In this document: positions 1 through 12,500 of the stretch, piece by piece | Numbering within the stretch: position 1 is the stretch's first letter | Layout of the letters: every line of letters starts with the position of its first letter | Assembly: GCA_002633005.1 (NCBI GenBank) | Contig: NMRA01000098.1 | Span: forward strand, 347,598 to 411,597 | DNA length: 64,000 nt | Source of the DNA: Phoronis australis | Taxonomy: Eukaryota > Animalia > Phoronida | Direction: 5' to 3' | Made by a program: the position numbers and the translations under genes | Notes under the pieces: model-generated | Told to the model about the DNA's origin: nothing | The model's input: the letters and a program-made list of their open reading frames with translations, nothing else | The model's database searches: none

Positions 1-601
1 TTTCTGGTGTATTATGCAAACAAGCTGTATTTTACACCATTAGTCCATGTTTTAGTCATTGAGTCACAAATTTTGCCCAGTCTCAAGTGTTTTGTGGTAT
101 TTTTGTTGCCTGACAATGCCAGAATAACTTCCTAGTAACATTCAGACTTAGTTTGCATTTTTGCCACTAGATGTCTCCTTACGTTTTTTAAATTTCACTG
201 TTTACAATTAATTTACAGTAGTAAAACGTGTAATGTGAGTGTAATATTGTTCAATACAATGGCACTGATGGGACCATATTACTTGTTTTACAAAAAAGTC
301 ACCAAAACTGTTGTTTTTACAAATATAAGTTTACTAAGCTCTTTGGTGATTATTAGGTAACTTCAAACTCAAATTTTTCAAAAATGTGCAACTTTATATG
401 TGGGAACTTTTTAGATTTTGAAAACACTCTAATAAATGAATTAAAAAATACCAAAATAAAATTGCCCCCGTAAAGTAGTCACAAAAACCATTTTCTAGAG
501 GCCCTACAAAATCTGGCCCACCAACTACGTCTAGGTGATTTTTTCTACACGAGTGAAAAGACTCAAGGTTGGTTCGAAACCCTTAGTCAAGAACTGGGCA
601 C

Positions 602-872
602 CAGGGGCGGATCCAGGATTTTGAGTTAGGGGGGCTAGGGTGCAGGAATAACCAGAATTGCGGCAGATGCGCGCGCCCAGCCTAAAATGTGGGGATGCAG
701 GCATTGCAGGGGTCTCGAATTTTGGGTTTACGGACCTGTTGACTAAAAAAGAAGAAAAAAAAACGGTAAACGGGGTTTGTTCAGGGCCTATGCATTGTTT
801 ATTCACCCCCCGAGCCNNNNNNNNNNNNNNNNNNNNNNNNNNNNNNNNNCCCCCCCTCTAAATCCGCAACTG
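602..872. mobile_element. GC-rich MITE with 5-bp TSD (contains the assembly gap 817-849)
   Basis: Termini CAGGGGCGGATCCAG / CTAAATCCGCAACTG are imperfect inverted repeats. GGCAC is duplicated at 597-601 and 873-877. Confidence 0.75.
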
Positions 873-1982
873 GGCACCGTTGTTAAATTAGCTGCAGGCG
901 GTGGCTCCGTTCTTTGACTTCGATCCTGATGCGGTGGTGTGGTAGGCTTTCTAACATATATTGGTTTATACTAGCTGTAAATAAGAGGAACCGTACCTTT
1001 AATTTGATCTCGTTTAAATTGCTTACGAAAGTTTATCAGTCGTTTGCTGACTAACCGTTCACTGATCAACAGCGGCTGAACTGTAAACAGTTAGAAACAA
1101 CAAGTTGATAAAAGTGTTTTGATTTAGACTAAGAACTATCCAGTACGTTTACAAGATGTATTGGCTATTGTAGCAACTCTAACTTTTTGTTGATAATTAG
1201 GATAAACTTCTTTTGCGCGATTTGCCACCCAAACAATCGATCTGGGCTAGGTTGCATCAAAACTTACCCTCTCCATAAATACTGCTCATCTTGCACATCT
1301 TCCAACTGTGCATTTTCACAAAACCCAAACTGTAAATCGAACAATGCTAGAATATCAAGGAATTGCCTGCCTCCTTGGTGAGACTCTCCACTTTCAGGTG
1401 ACAGCAGTTTTTGCTTGGAAGCTTGAGCTTTGAGCAGCACTATGGCACCTACTATTCTTTGGACATTGCTTACACAATGGAGTCCACACCCTTGACCCAG
1501 CACATATTGAAAACAGCGGTGTTCCAACACACACTTTCCAAATCGAATTCTTATCACCTGAGGTCAGTGCTACCATATGCGTAGAAGCATGTATACGTTT
1601 TTGATATAGGTGCCTCTAAACATTCTCTGTGTGTGAGCCCCGAGGCCCTCCCCCCAAAAAAACGCAGGGCGCGTAGTATATGTGACTTCTGGTACGTTGT
1701 TAATCCGGCACTGCCACCAGGCATAACTAAAACATTCAAACAATATATCGAGTTTTTCTCCCTGTCAAACGTTACTTCTCAACATGATAAGATTTTCTGC
1801 CCATTACTCCAACAATCCAGACACGTTTGCTCTACCTATTGAACTTGTCTATTGTACGCAGAATTCTCTAAAGTAATGGAAATGGAAACGCAATCAACAT
1901 TCAGCAAGTCAAAGTCTTTCAAATGCCATTTAAAGTTGTTCTGATTTCAGATATTAGTTTGCCGAAGACCCAAGTGGTTTAA

Positions 1983-3865
1983 AGGAGAATGCACCCGACT
2001 CAATTAGTCCTTTTTACCGTCTTAATCGGTCAATATCCACATCGCCACTTATACGGTTGACCTCACCTTGCCGAGAGGTGTCGCGTTAACCTGTGATGAA
2101 GGTGAGAAACGACGCAGCGACGTCAGTGGTTCGTCTGTAGAGTGAATACCGCTATATTGCGGTGCATCGTTCCCGCTTGTCCGAATTACGAAGCTGAGAA
2201 GAAAGCGGGTATATCGTTTTTCGACTTCCTCGAGAGCCCTATGCTTAGGAAGTAGCTCGCGGTAATGAAGAATGAAAGGTACGCTGTTAACAGCAAATAT
2301 GAGGCCGCGAAACATCTCCGTGTCTGTGGCCGGCATTTCGTCAACATTGATTTCTCTGACGAATTCCGGCTTACCAAAGAACTATCCATACGTTCCGTTG
2401 CCTGTGCATGTTCACGGCGCCTCTCTAGTATTTCTTGATTAGTGTATTCCGGTTCGAACTGATAGCCTGTGAAACCTAACGATCCGACCCGTGAAGTCTT
2501 CGTCGGATAAGCTCTTGACTTAGTCGGGATTGGCGCCGGGCGAGTTGCCATGTAGACGTTTATTATTCTGCGTTCTGTTTCAAAATGAATTATTCTCACC
2601 GTAACCAATGCTTATATAAAACCGAAACAAAGTCTGTCTCATTAGACACAATTTGTAATGCCTTTGCAGTATGTGTAAGTGCAAATGTTGAGAAGCCACC
2701 AATGAATAAACCACTGCGTTACCGGCTTTAGATGCCGGCAATAAAGGTAATTGACCGGGCACCGAGGCCGTGTGAGCGCATGCTAATTCTGTGTTTGCTG
2801 ACAGAAAGCAGTTGTGAAACAATTACTCGATTTTAAATGCTATGGTCACATATTAAGGGAATCTTAATTTAGAAATACAAATACTTTATTCAAATCATTG
2901 TTACTGTACAACCTTTGCCCTGACGGTCTGTGGAAGGGGAACCCGACTTCGCGGCCCCCGACAAGTAAGTAGATTTTCAGTTTCTTGGCTAATTCACATA
3001 AATAATTACGTGCAAATTATTTCTTTGGCTCACTATCATAATCTTTTCGTGACTGGAGGTTTAGTTTACAACTCAATCAGGTTTATGTTCGTGCCAGTCC
3101 CGGCGGCCGCGACGGGCCTGATCGGGTTCCGAGCCATTGGCCAGGATAACAAGCGTTTTGTGCGTTTAGAACTAAAAAATCACAAGTCTTAACAACACAG
3201 ATCTAGGTTCTTCTGTCTGTATTTCAAGGAAGAATACTTCGAATTTATCTCCAAACAGACCTCAAATTCCTGCTAAGGACCTTGGTAAATTGGCTTGCCG
3301 ATAAGGCTACGGTGAGTCCAAATACCAATAAATCCGTAACAGTGAAATAAAACAACACATTTTTATAAGAACTCGGTGTCTGTTTAAGGGTTTTACATCG
3401 AAGTTTGCTAATTTATTGGTGTTAAACGATGCATTCAAGCCATAAGCATGGGCGGAGCACCATAGGGGGCAGGGGGGCTAAAGCCCCCCACTTTTTTCAG
3501 TGCTACGACGCACATGGTCTTTAGGCGATGCACCACAGGGGGGCTGAGGGGGCTTTAGCCCCCCACTTTTTTCAATGCTACGCCGCACATAGTCTATAGG
3601 CGGTGAACCACAGGGGAGCTGAGGCGGCTTTAGCCCCCACTTTTTTCAGTGCTGCGCAGCCCATGATAAGCTGATACCAATAATCTGTGTTGTGAACTGC
3701 TGAACAGACTGCGTGTAAAACCAATGAAGGCATTGGATAATTTCAACACCTCCGTCTGCCGTCAGGGGTTAGGTAACGCAACCGAACGTGGCGTTATCGA
3801 GTAGAACTATTCGATCATGATCTAAATTGATACAAAATAGGTTGTTTTTTTGGTTTCATTCTCCT
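1983..3865. mobile_element. Non-autonomous Kolobok-type DNA transposon, copy 1 (internally deleted)
   Basis: TTAA at 1979-1982 and 3866-3869, TIR AGGAGAATG/CATTCTCCT. Broken THAP on + (CIVPAC...RVCGRHF, about 2155-2355) and a minus-strand stub GFTGYQFEPEYT (about 2380-2550). Collinear with the copy at 28240. Confidence 0.75.
3447..3665. mobile_element. MITE nested in the Kolobok-type element, built of about 3 tandem units of about 75 bp
   Basis: Termini CATGGGCGGAGC / GCGCAGCCCATG. ATAAG is duplicated at 3442-3446 and 3666-3670. The homologous site in copy 2 (about 31240) has a single ATAAG. Confidence 0.85.
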
Positions 3866-5224
3866 TTAACAAACCGCAAATCTTTATTCAGCGGACGATG
3901 TGTACTTTCATGCCTATACACCTTGACCTGATGGCGGTAAAATAAGAGTTGCCAAGCGAATCAAGATATTTGCCGGAGTGTCCTGGCTTTTTTGTCCCTG
4001 AAATTCCTAATGAGTTTAATTAATGACCATTGAATGTTGTCTGGCTGTGAAGTAAAGCATTTGGGTACAAAATCAAGCGCTTGACTGCCGCGCGAGATGA
4101 GATGAAAATTTTTAGAGGCATCGAGCTTGTTAGCTCCGGTAGACAGTCGGGTATGTTTACGTTCCACTCCCGTCTTTCAAAAATAACTTGACATTTATGC
4201 TTTCTATTGACTGAAAAAATATTTTTGAAAAGTTTTGTAATTTTCCGGTCTGTTTCACGCATTATAAGTGGCCATGCAGTATCACTTTTACATTTCGTTA
4301 GTAATTAGGACTGAAAAGATTTATTACTAGGGTGCTGTACGCACGTGAAATATGGTGATAACATCATGATTGTTGTGTTTATACCTGCGTTGTGAATCTC
4401 GGCTGGTAATGTGCTAGTAACGACAAAAGCGGTCTCATAGCTGTACTGCCGTGTTATTAACAATCACGGTCTATTGTTATATAAAAGTGACCCGTGACTT
4501 AATTTCTATCGTGTTCTATGCGCCCTGTGTGTAGGCATTGAAAGCAGGGAAAGATTTATTTGCAATAATTGTATTTTAACATAATCTACGCTTAACAACT
4601 TGTAGATGTGAAAACAAAAATTCTGCAAACAGGTGACCTTTGCACTAATGACGCACCTCGCGGGCTCACATAGCGCGCATCATGCAATGTTATTCCCAAT
4701 GAGATAAATATAACTATATATATATATAGCTCACTGGTTATTCCCCAGCAAATCACGATGCATACTGGACACCGTTCGGTGATTTACAGGGGATCATTTA
4801 ATCATCATTATCGCCCCAAAAATCGTTCTTAAAAACATTTGTCAAGGCGCGTTGTTTTATCTCATGCCCGCATATTTGATCAAACCCATGAATAGCGACA
4901 AGCTCACTATGGCAGTGCCATCACTGAGAAGCCTTTGATCCAAACCTGTTTACTGTGAGACGTTAATTAGTAGTGACCCTGCTAGATTCCAAACTGATCT
5001 GGACGCCACAATCTGTGTTGTAAGTCAGTACTAGAACCTGCTGATGTGGAAATGCGAAATAACAAGGTTCACGATTTGGAACAGCAACATTGTAGGTCCA
5101 AAGGGACAGTTGGCATGATGTCGAAAACTTTGTAAGGTAACATGATCTCTGATGAAGGTTTGACGATAGTTCACGAGAAGGTAAAACGATTACTGTCTTC
5201 AACCTTCTGCAAACGAGGATGCCA

Positions 5225-6851
5225 CCAGAGTGCTGAGAGGTACAGTAAATTACTTGGCACGATTCCTAACCGTACTGGCGAGAATCATGGAACTCATATA
5301 CAGGTTGACGAAGGATGACATGCCATTGCATTGGGAGCATGAGCAGAAATACTCCTTTGAGGAACTTATTTCAGAAGCACCAGTGAGGGTATACTATGAC
5401 CTTTCAAAGGAACTTTTCCTGCAATGTGACGCCATTGAATATGGGCGATGAGCCACCCTCAGTTCTACAAAATGGTCGCCCAGTCACGTGTACCAGTAGA
5501 ACGACGGAGCGTCCTTGCATCTGAATTCAAAAGAATTAAGCGATCTGCATCGCTGCAATGAAACAGTCCAGACCAGATAGTGCAAGGAGTCTGTGAAATG
5601 TCTATAAGACCCGGTGGACATTCGTAACACACCATCTCAGAAGCTGTCGACAGTAGCCCCGTGCAGCGACTCAGTAACAGGAGGGCCCGGCTCACTTGAA
5701 TTCCAATGGTAACCAGTCTTCTCAAACCATGTATAGTTGACGTAGACAATGACAAGAACATAAGGAGGCACAGAACAGTTCTCACTGGGTTTTGCCCAGC
5801 AAAACACACATCACTTGATTTATCACCTTTTCTTCACTCTGTCAAAACAGGATGCAAAGAATGGCATGTTTTCAATTATTTCACATAAAAAGCCCAGCAG
5901 ATGAGCACAGAAACGTTATTCTCTCTTGTATTTTTGACCATTTCATTCCCACTGAAAACCAAGCTAGACTAGGAAAAATAAGGGCAAAAATGCAAAATCG
6001 GCACTTTTCATCACCCAAAAAACACCACTTCCCTGCCGATGCACGACTATTTTAAAGTCAACATTAGAGTCTGAAAGCAAATTTCCCACCGATTCCGAAA
6101 ATGTGGTCCAAAAGTACTGTCAACCAACTAATTTTTTGGCAATTCTTGCTTGTTTGAGGGCTACCTAAAATCACAGCCAATTTCTCAGCTACCCAACAAT
6201 GCACAGTTGTAGCCGGGGGCCGCCATCTTGAAGAACAATGCAGCTACAGCCAAGAAAGTGGCCTTTTTATTCACAGCATGTTCACAAATACAAACAAATC
6301 ACATTCACTGAGCCTACGTGCAATGCCCACCTACAAAATGCCCCCAAACTTGGCCTACCCCAAAATTTCAATATTTTGGCAGTGCAAATTGGCCGCGGCC
6401 GCAGCCTAGCTATTCAGTGCCACCTAAGCACATGAATCAGCGCCAAGTTATGCCTTGACCAGAACGCCACCAAAGATTGGACGGAGTTGACTTGAAGCAT
6501 ACCAGAGAACAACCATCCCCGTTGAGAAAACGAGCCCGTAACTTGAGCAATGCGTCGAAACTAGCGACAACTTCCAACTGCGACGATTAAGACGAAATTA
6601 CCCATTCAATCAACTGAAGTTGCGACCAAGTGAGGCCGCGATGACCACTCATTCAGGTCGACAAGTTCGACGCCCGGCGTATTTGAATAACTCTACAACA
6701 TAAACTGATACACTAGTTCCTTAAGTGGTAGTTGTGTCCTAGTATTAAGTAACATATATTTGTTTGCTAGTTCAAATGTATATATACTTTATTCTCGAGG
6801 ACGATAGCTAAGCATTCATTTCTTGCCGAAATCGTTTTACAGGAAAAGGAG
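5225..6851 (+). mobile_element. Degenerate Gypsy/Ty3 LTR retrotransposon pol relic, interrupted by an insert at about 5776-6465
   Basis: ORF 5230-5451 GTVNYLARF...W...Q..SFEEL..APV..YYD..KEL.LQCDA matches the RT connection/RNase H start. IVDVDNDKNIRRHR (about 5735-5775) and TTHSGRQVRRPAYL (about 6641-6685) resemble pol C-terminal motifs. Purine tract AGGAAAAGGAG (6841-6851) is followed by TG. Confidence 0.75.
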
Positions 6852-7510
6852 TGTTGCACAATTTATACATGGCGCTGCAATAATGCGTTCAGTGTAGTTC
6901 TTCCGTGTAGTTACGACTGAAAGGTTTCGAGTTAGTCCTGTATGTGTCCCCGTCACCTTAGTACGTGAAAAATGGTGACTAATTAGCCTCGTTGAATTTT
7001 CATAAATTTGTGAATTATTTTGGCCACAATGACTAGGCCTAATTATGAAAAATCATTTTCGTAAATGGCCAAATTCGCATTGGAAAACCTATAATTTAAC
7101 AAAATTACTCCTTCTAACTTTTTGGGGGTATCTGTAACTCGAATACTGTTTTGTAAAACATCTCGCCTCCGCTCTAAATGTAACTTGCTGGGCTAAGTAA
7201 GTTGTCAGTAAGGCGTTACCTGAAGGTTACGCGATTCAACGAGTTTTGCAAAAATGAAAGCAAAAAAAGCATGAAAGAAAAAGCGAATAGTTCTTTACGA
7301 AAATGTTCTAGCAAATGTTGACGTAACTTGGTACTGACGAATATTTGAATGTTTTCTCCAGCAAGATTTCTAAAACAAATAGCTGTAAGAAATTTAATAC
7401 GCAGTACCCTGTCCGTACGTAGATGGATTGGATTTGACGCATTTTAACAAAACGCTGGACGTCTTGATAAGTTTCGGCGTTTATTGAACCACCGTTCTCA
7501 GAAGCAAATC

Positions 7511-7612
7511 AAAGTCTTTGCTATAATAGACCAAGCAAAAACAACAAGGAAGCTGAAAATTCGCGAGTCTCTACATATCAGTAGGTGAAAGCCCAGTCTC
7601 AATGAGCAACTG
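7511..7612 (+). mobile_element. Penelope-like element relic (GIY-YIG endonuclease C-terminus)
   Basis: Manual translation KVFAIIDQAKTTRKLKIRESLHISR*KPSLNEQL matches the LKIKEALHI...KPSLN.Q end of PLE ORFs, with one in-frame stop. Confidence 0.75.
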
Positions 7613-7682
7613 GCACACCACAGGTTGCCATTGTTAGTCTTGGCTACTGTTACTCTACTGTAACTGATTGTGTCACTGATTT

Positions 7683-7726
7683 GCTTCTGAGGATGGTGTT
7701 TTAACAAACGCCGAAACATATCAAGC
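7683..7726 (+). ncRNA. Minimal type I hammerhead ribozyme-like motif of the Penelope relic (probably degenerate)
   Basis: GCTT-CTGAGGA-T-GGTGTTT-TAAC-AAACGCC-GAAA-CATA-TC-AAGC gives stem I GCTT/AAGC, core CUGANGA and GAAA, and a 7-bp stem II. The C-G pair expected in stem III reads C/A. Confidence 0.6.
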
Positions 7727-7998
7727 CGATTTAAATGCATTGTTGTTGTTATCAACATATGCTGCTACTTGCTATCATGGGAGACAAACATTATTTCAAA
7801 GATATTTCAGATAAAGAATGGCATTTAAAGAGCCATCTGTTTACTGAAATGGTCAAGAATTGTCAATTTACGAAGCCTGGAGATCTTATCAGCAATGTTA
7901 ATAGCTTCATCATCCGTCTAGCCACAGCAAGTGTGTGTTATTGGCCAAACACTTACTCCTCCTTATGTGCATAGAAGACTGGATGAAGCACGCTAGCT

Positions 7999-8158
7999 CA
8001 GTGGAAGATTTAGGGGAGGGGGGCAAGAAGGTCATGCCCCCCGAAAATTCTCACCCAGATTCCATTTGGCAGTTCGGGGATGCTAATGTCTGAAGGGTAA
8101 AATCCTGACTAGTGCTCTGTCATGCCCCCCCCAAATCAAAACCCTGCATCCGCCCTTG
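7999..8158. mobile_element. GC-rich MITE with 5-bp TSD
   Basis: Termini CAGTGGAAGATTTAGGG / CCCTGCATCCGCCCTTG. TAGCT is duplicated at 7994-7998 and 8159-8163. Confidence 0.65.
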
Positions 8159-9110
8159 TAGCTAGTGATATTTAACAATATAGTGAATTTGATTACCTGC
8201 CGCCAGAAATTGATATTCGACCAGCATCTATTCCGACGGTTGCGGTGTAGTGAAAACATTATAATGCAAGATTTTTGAAGAGTGACATTATCGGTGAAAT
8301 CGACTACCGATGATGACTTGGAACCACTTGACACCAATACCGAAGGTAATGCCGCCTCCAGCAACAACTCCACTGTCATCTACAACGCACAGCCGAGTGC
8401 TACCGCCACTGCATTGATAACAACGACCCCTGGCGACGCCAATGAGCTGACGCTAGCCCCGACACTGACTCTTGGTACTGACCGTGATGATTACTATGCC
8501 AATGATGGCGACCACGTAGCCGACGGTACCGACAATGCCGTCACGGATGATGAAGACGACGACGGCTTCAGTCATAAATCTCATACAACATACCCCTAAA
8601 GCGACAGTATAGGCCTCTGATTTTTACCTCTTGCTTCATGGTAACTCTTATCATAATAGCGGCCATATTTAAATCCAAAGCGGCGGCGACATTAGGAGTC
8701 AGATCACGAATTCCCGAGCTTCTTGAACAGAGCACGGGAAATTATACTGGTCAAACTTGCACACTGAACGATTTCCCCTTAATTAAGTGCACTATGATTA
8801 TTTTAAAATTAAGAAAGTTCTTAAATTAAATTTCTGCCGTATTAATTTCTTATCGCCCGTCGTCAAATCGGAAGGCAGATCTGTCTCCTTAGTGTGAAAA
8901 GGTTTCATTCGAGCTTCGACTTGCGGGTAGGCTGTGTTTCAAATTGTTCACCCATGGATGTCGCACATAATTTACAGTTCATAGTTAATTATCGCGCTGA
9001 TAGGACGCGATTGTTTTGCTTTTGATCGCCCCTGAACACCTGAATCGTCATATTTATCTAATTTTCATTAAACTTTCACATCTCAAAATGTAGCTGCACG
9101 TAATCCTTAC

Positions 9111-9500
9111 CTTGCTTCTGATAGTACTCGTGTATTCACTGACGTCATATTTCCAGTGGTTGCATTTGACGAGCAACGAAGATTTGTTCTGGTACACAGT
9201 CAACGGCATCGTGTCATTATCAACTACGAGATTAGTCGTAAAATTCAAACCATAAAATGTGCACTGTCTTTCAAACGCATCACTGCTGTTCATTGGCGTC
9301 ACTAAATAGCCATCGCTACTTGAATTGCTGTCATGTCTCCCGGAACACCAGTGGTCTTGCTCCCCGCCAATGAACACCATTAGCAAATTTTGCCACGCGG
9401 TTGGAAATCCACTTAAACAAACTACGATATAAAGAAGGATCTGATATTTCCCAAATCCACCAACTGTGGAAAGTAAACCGTCAAAATCGAACTTCGACAT
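9111..9500 (-). CDS. SLC22-family organic cation/anion transporter, first coding exon (130 codons, phase 0); later exons not found in window
   Basis: MSKFDFDGLLSTVGGFGKYQILLY, DHWC, QC..Y and KCNHWKYDVSEYTSTI are the SLC22 TM1 and Cys-containing loop. Donor AAG|GTAAGG at 9111/9110 lies at the usual first-intron position. Confidence 0.9.
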
Positions 9501-12500
9501 GATTATCTTTGTACTCAAATCGTACCACGGAGACGAGGCCTTAAAAACACGAGCATGCAGTCCCGGGTATCCAGTATGACGTAGGCTTAGTGAGGTCTAC
9601 GCTGGCAGGACAAACAAAATAGTTTCGGCCTAGAAATCCCTAAACAAACGTCCTTTCTCAATGACCGATGTCGAATCTATTGAAAGGACAAACAATTGCA
9701 GTTGCACCTCAGTATTGCTGCTGTAAGTGTTTGCTGTCTCATTCACGTAAGACTGTACAATTAACTGTAGGTCAAATAGGAGAAAGTTACATCGTAACGC
9801 GCGTACAGCCTCGTTTTATAGTGTAATGCATATAAACAGTGCTATAACCAATGCATTTTCATGATACCACATGTCTGTTTAAACTAATGCGTTTTCGCAT
9901 GACGCGCTTTTAAAATGCAAGTTATCTAGCTATGAATACATTAAAAGGTTGAGCATTGTGTCACTCAAACATTTTCCAGGGGCAGGCTGCACTTGTTGCC
10001 GGCACGTGGGTGAAGCTCTAAGAATACATATTTCTACCGTTTTTAGGTTTTGGGAGAACATTGAATTGTCAATGTGCCTTAACAAGGACGGAGTGCAAGC
10101 AATTTCTTCGTTACATTGGCACTGTAGTGCTTTCTTGGCAGTTACAAACGGGAAAACCGTCGCTGACGTTATGAAAACGATTTCCGTAATGTGTATTCAA
10201 TTGCAATAACGCACTGACCCGTTACAAACTAACGCAGCAGAGACCACTGAACCGTCAGATTATATGAATGCGCTTCTACACACAGTAACGGACAAATGGA
10301 AACATCTCTTATTTTGTTGCTGAACGCGTGACACACCACACATTGTGCACTATTGGAAACAGGTTCCGTAAGACATTATCTTGTAAAGATAAGTTTATGC
10401 CACAGAATTCCCGCGCAAACCGTATATTTTGGCATAAACCGAATTACTGTTAGGCAATCCCGTCAAAAGCTATGTGAGTAGTCACTGACATCTGTATCGC
10501 ATCTCTCGTTCATTTTATCCAAAATACATCTTAAATATTCGAGTTGGCACACAACGAATATATAAATGTGTCCCCTATCTGATTGACTACTAATTTCTCA
10601 GTCGTGCTGGAACTCAGTGAAATAATATTTATTTTCAACTAGTGTCAACTTGGAAATTTATCATAGTCAGTCAATGAAGCTTGACTAGAATCTCCCTGGT
10701 AGTCCATTAGCTACAAATGGGTACCAGAGATGTTTGGGAGTATGTTTTTTTGTTTGTTTGTTTCATGTCTAAGTCGCACCTCAGTTTAGGTGTGTTGTAA
10801 TCATGGCAATCTTGAGCATTTTTTAAGTACGTAAATTAAGGAAGAGGGTATTCAAAATTATCTGTTTACTTATAACTTTCATACCAAGCACAGCAGGTAG
10901 ATTATTTTCAACCCTTGTTTCTATGGTCAGTGATTTTAACTACAGATTTACTATTTTGGATTGTGGATGCATTGAGAATTTGCGTAAATTATGCAAATTA
11001 CGGCAACCATTATTGAAAATTCTGCTTGTGCTTATAGTTGCTGGTAGGCCTATCAGGCAACCAAAGGGTATGTGCATCAATGTTACTTATTTAATCAAAT
11101 TGCAGATTGTCGCATGACAAATTTGCAGAATTTATGCTATCATTTAAAATTCGGTCTTTCAAAATTCGTTTTTCTGCTCATAACTTCTCTACAGGCGCTA
11201 TGTACATTACTTTGCTATTTGCAACCATGTTTTTGTGGTCAGTCAATTTAACAAAAATCAATTTGGGAGACCAATTCACGAGACTGTTGTGGCTCATCGT
11301 CTTGGTTACATGCATAGTCCAGTGGCGGATCTACGTTTTCAGTAAGGGGGGTTTAGGATTCCCGCAAAGGTCTTATCCGAGGCGCGTGGCGCCGAGAGAG
11401 GGGAGGTAAGACAATTTTTTGTTTTTGTAGCCAAACAGTGAAATTTCCATGCATCCTGGTAAGTTTCTGGCACTTAACATGACTCTTGAATTTTTCTTAA
11501 GATAATTTAAAACCCTTCTCGATTTCGTCACATGAACGTGGCTCATATAAGTTTCGTGAAACCATATTTGTGCACATCTGGGTATGAGTCACGCCACCAG
11601 CAAAAATTTTTGTTGGAACATCCGCTTACACACACCTTTTTAGGATACGAAAAGTCGTATATGAAAAAGTGTGGTGTGTGGGGGGGGGGGGGGTTTAGAC
11701 AACTACCAAATATTCAAGAGCATAAGAAGCACCCGGCCGACGGGGCGTAAAAAAATGAATATCAGATGATGGCGTAACAGCAGCCTCAGGTTGTTTAGGA
11801 AAGAAGACCTGTACTGTTAGTCTGGAAATAAACATATGTTTTGTCTCGTTACGAGAAAAACTGTCGAACGATGGTGCTCTCAGCTCAAAGTCTATTATTA
11901 AAAGCGACAATAAACAATGATTAAGTATCACTTTATTAAGCTGAATCACGTTGACAACAATTGAAAAACGTCAAATGTATCAGGAAAGAAATCATTTGAA
12001 AACAGTTTCACGAAACCAAAACATTCTGTACATCGTAGTGAAGAGATATACAGGACCAGTTCGCTGAAGGACCAGATGTACACTGAAAGTACACAAAAAG
12101 ACTGGACTGGTCCGTCACAAGACCGTGCTTATTATTCCAATAAAAATAGTCGATCTGTCGCGGGACCAAACAGTACTGTCTGAGATGAATAGTTTTACAA
12201 AGCACACTTTGGTAAAACAACACCACAAGACCGAGGGACCAGAAGTACACTGAAACTCAATTTCCACACAAATCAAGCTGGCCTGTTCCGTCGCGAGACC
12301 TAAAGCGTACTATGCAAAAAATTTTGAATTGAAAACTTCTCTCTAGACACTTTTTAATCCCCAGTGGTTGCTCATACATGTATTTTATACATCTGGTGGT
12401 CAACTGCTGCGAGAGGTTGTTGTAGTACTCACTGGAAGAAACAAGTATTGAGTACAAATTTAACTACGCACTACGTGAAATAGATTTTGGATATGACGCA

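Noticed and set aside
1-9110. Further SLC22 exons
   Set aside because: No minus-strand segment with the expected W.LVC or MFS motifs was found. The region is mostly transposon relics.
10705-10730. AAATGGGTACC, reminiscent of a conserved SINE core domain
   Set aside because: Too short, with no accompanying tRNA-like head or tail.
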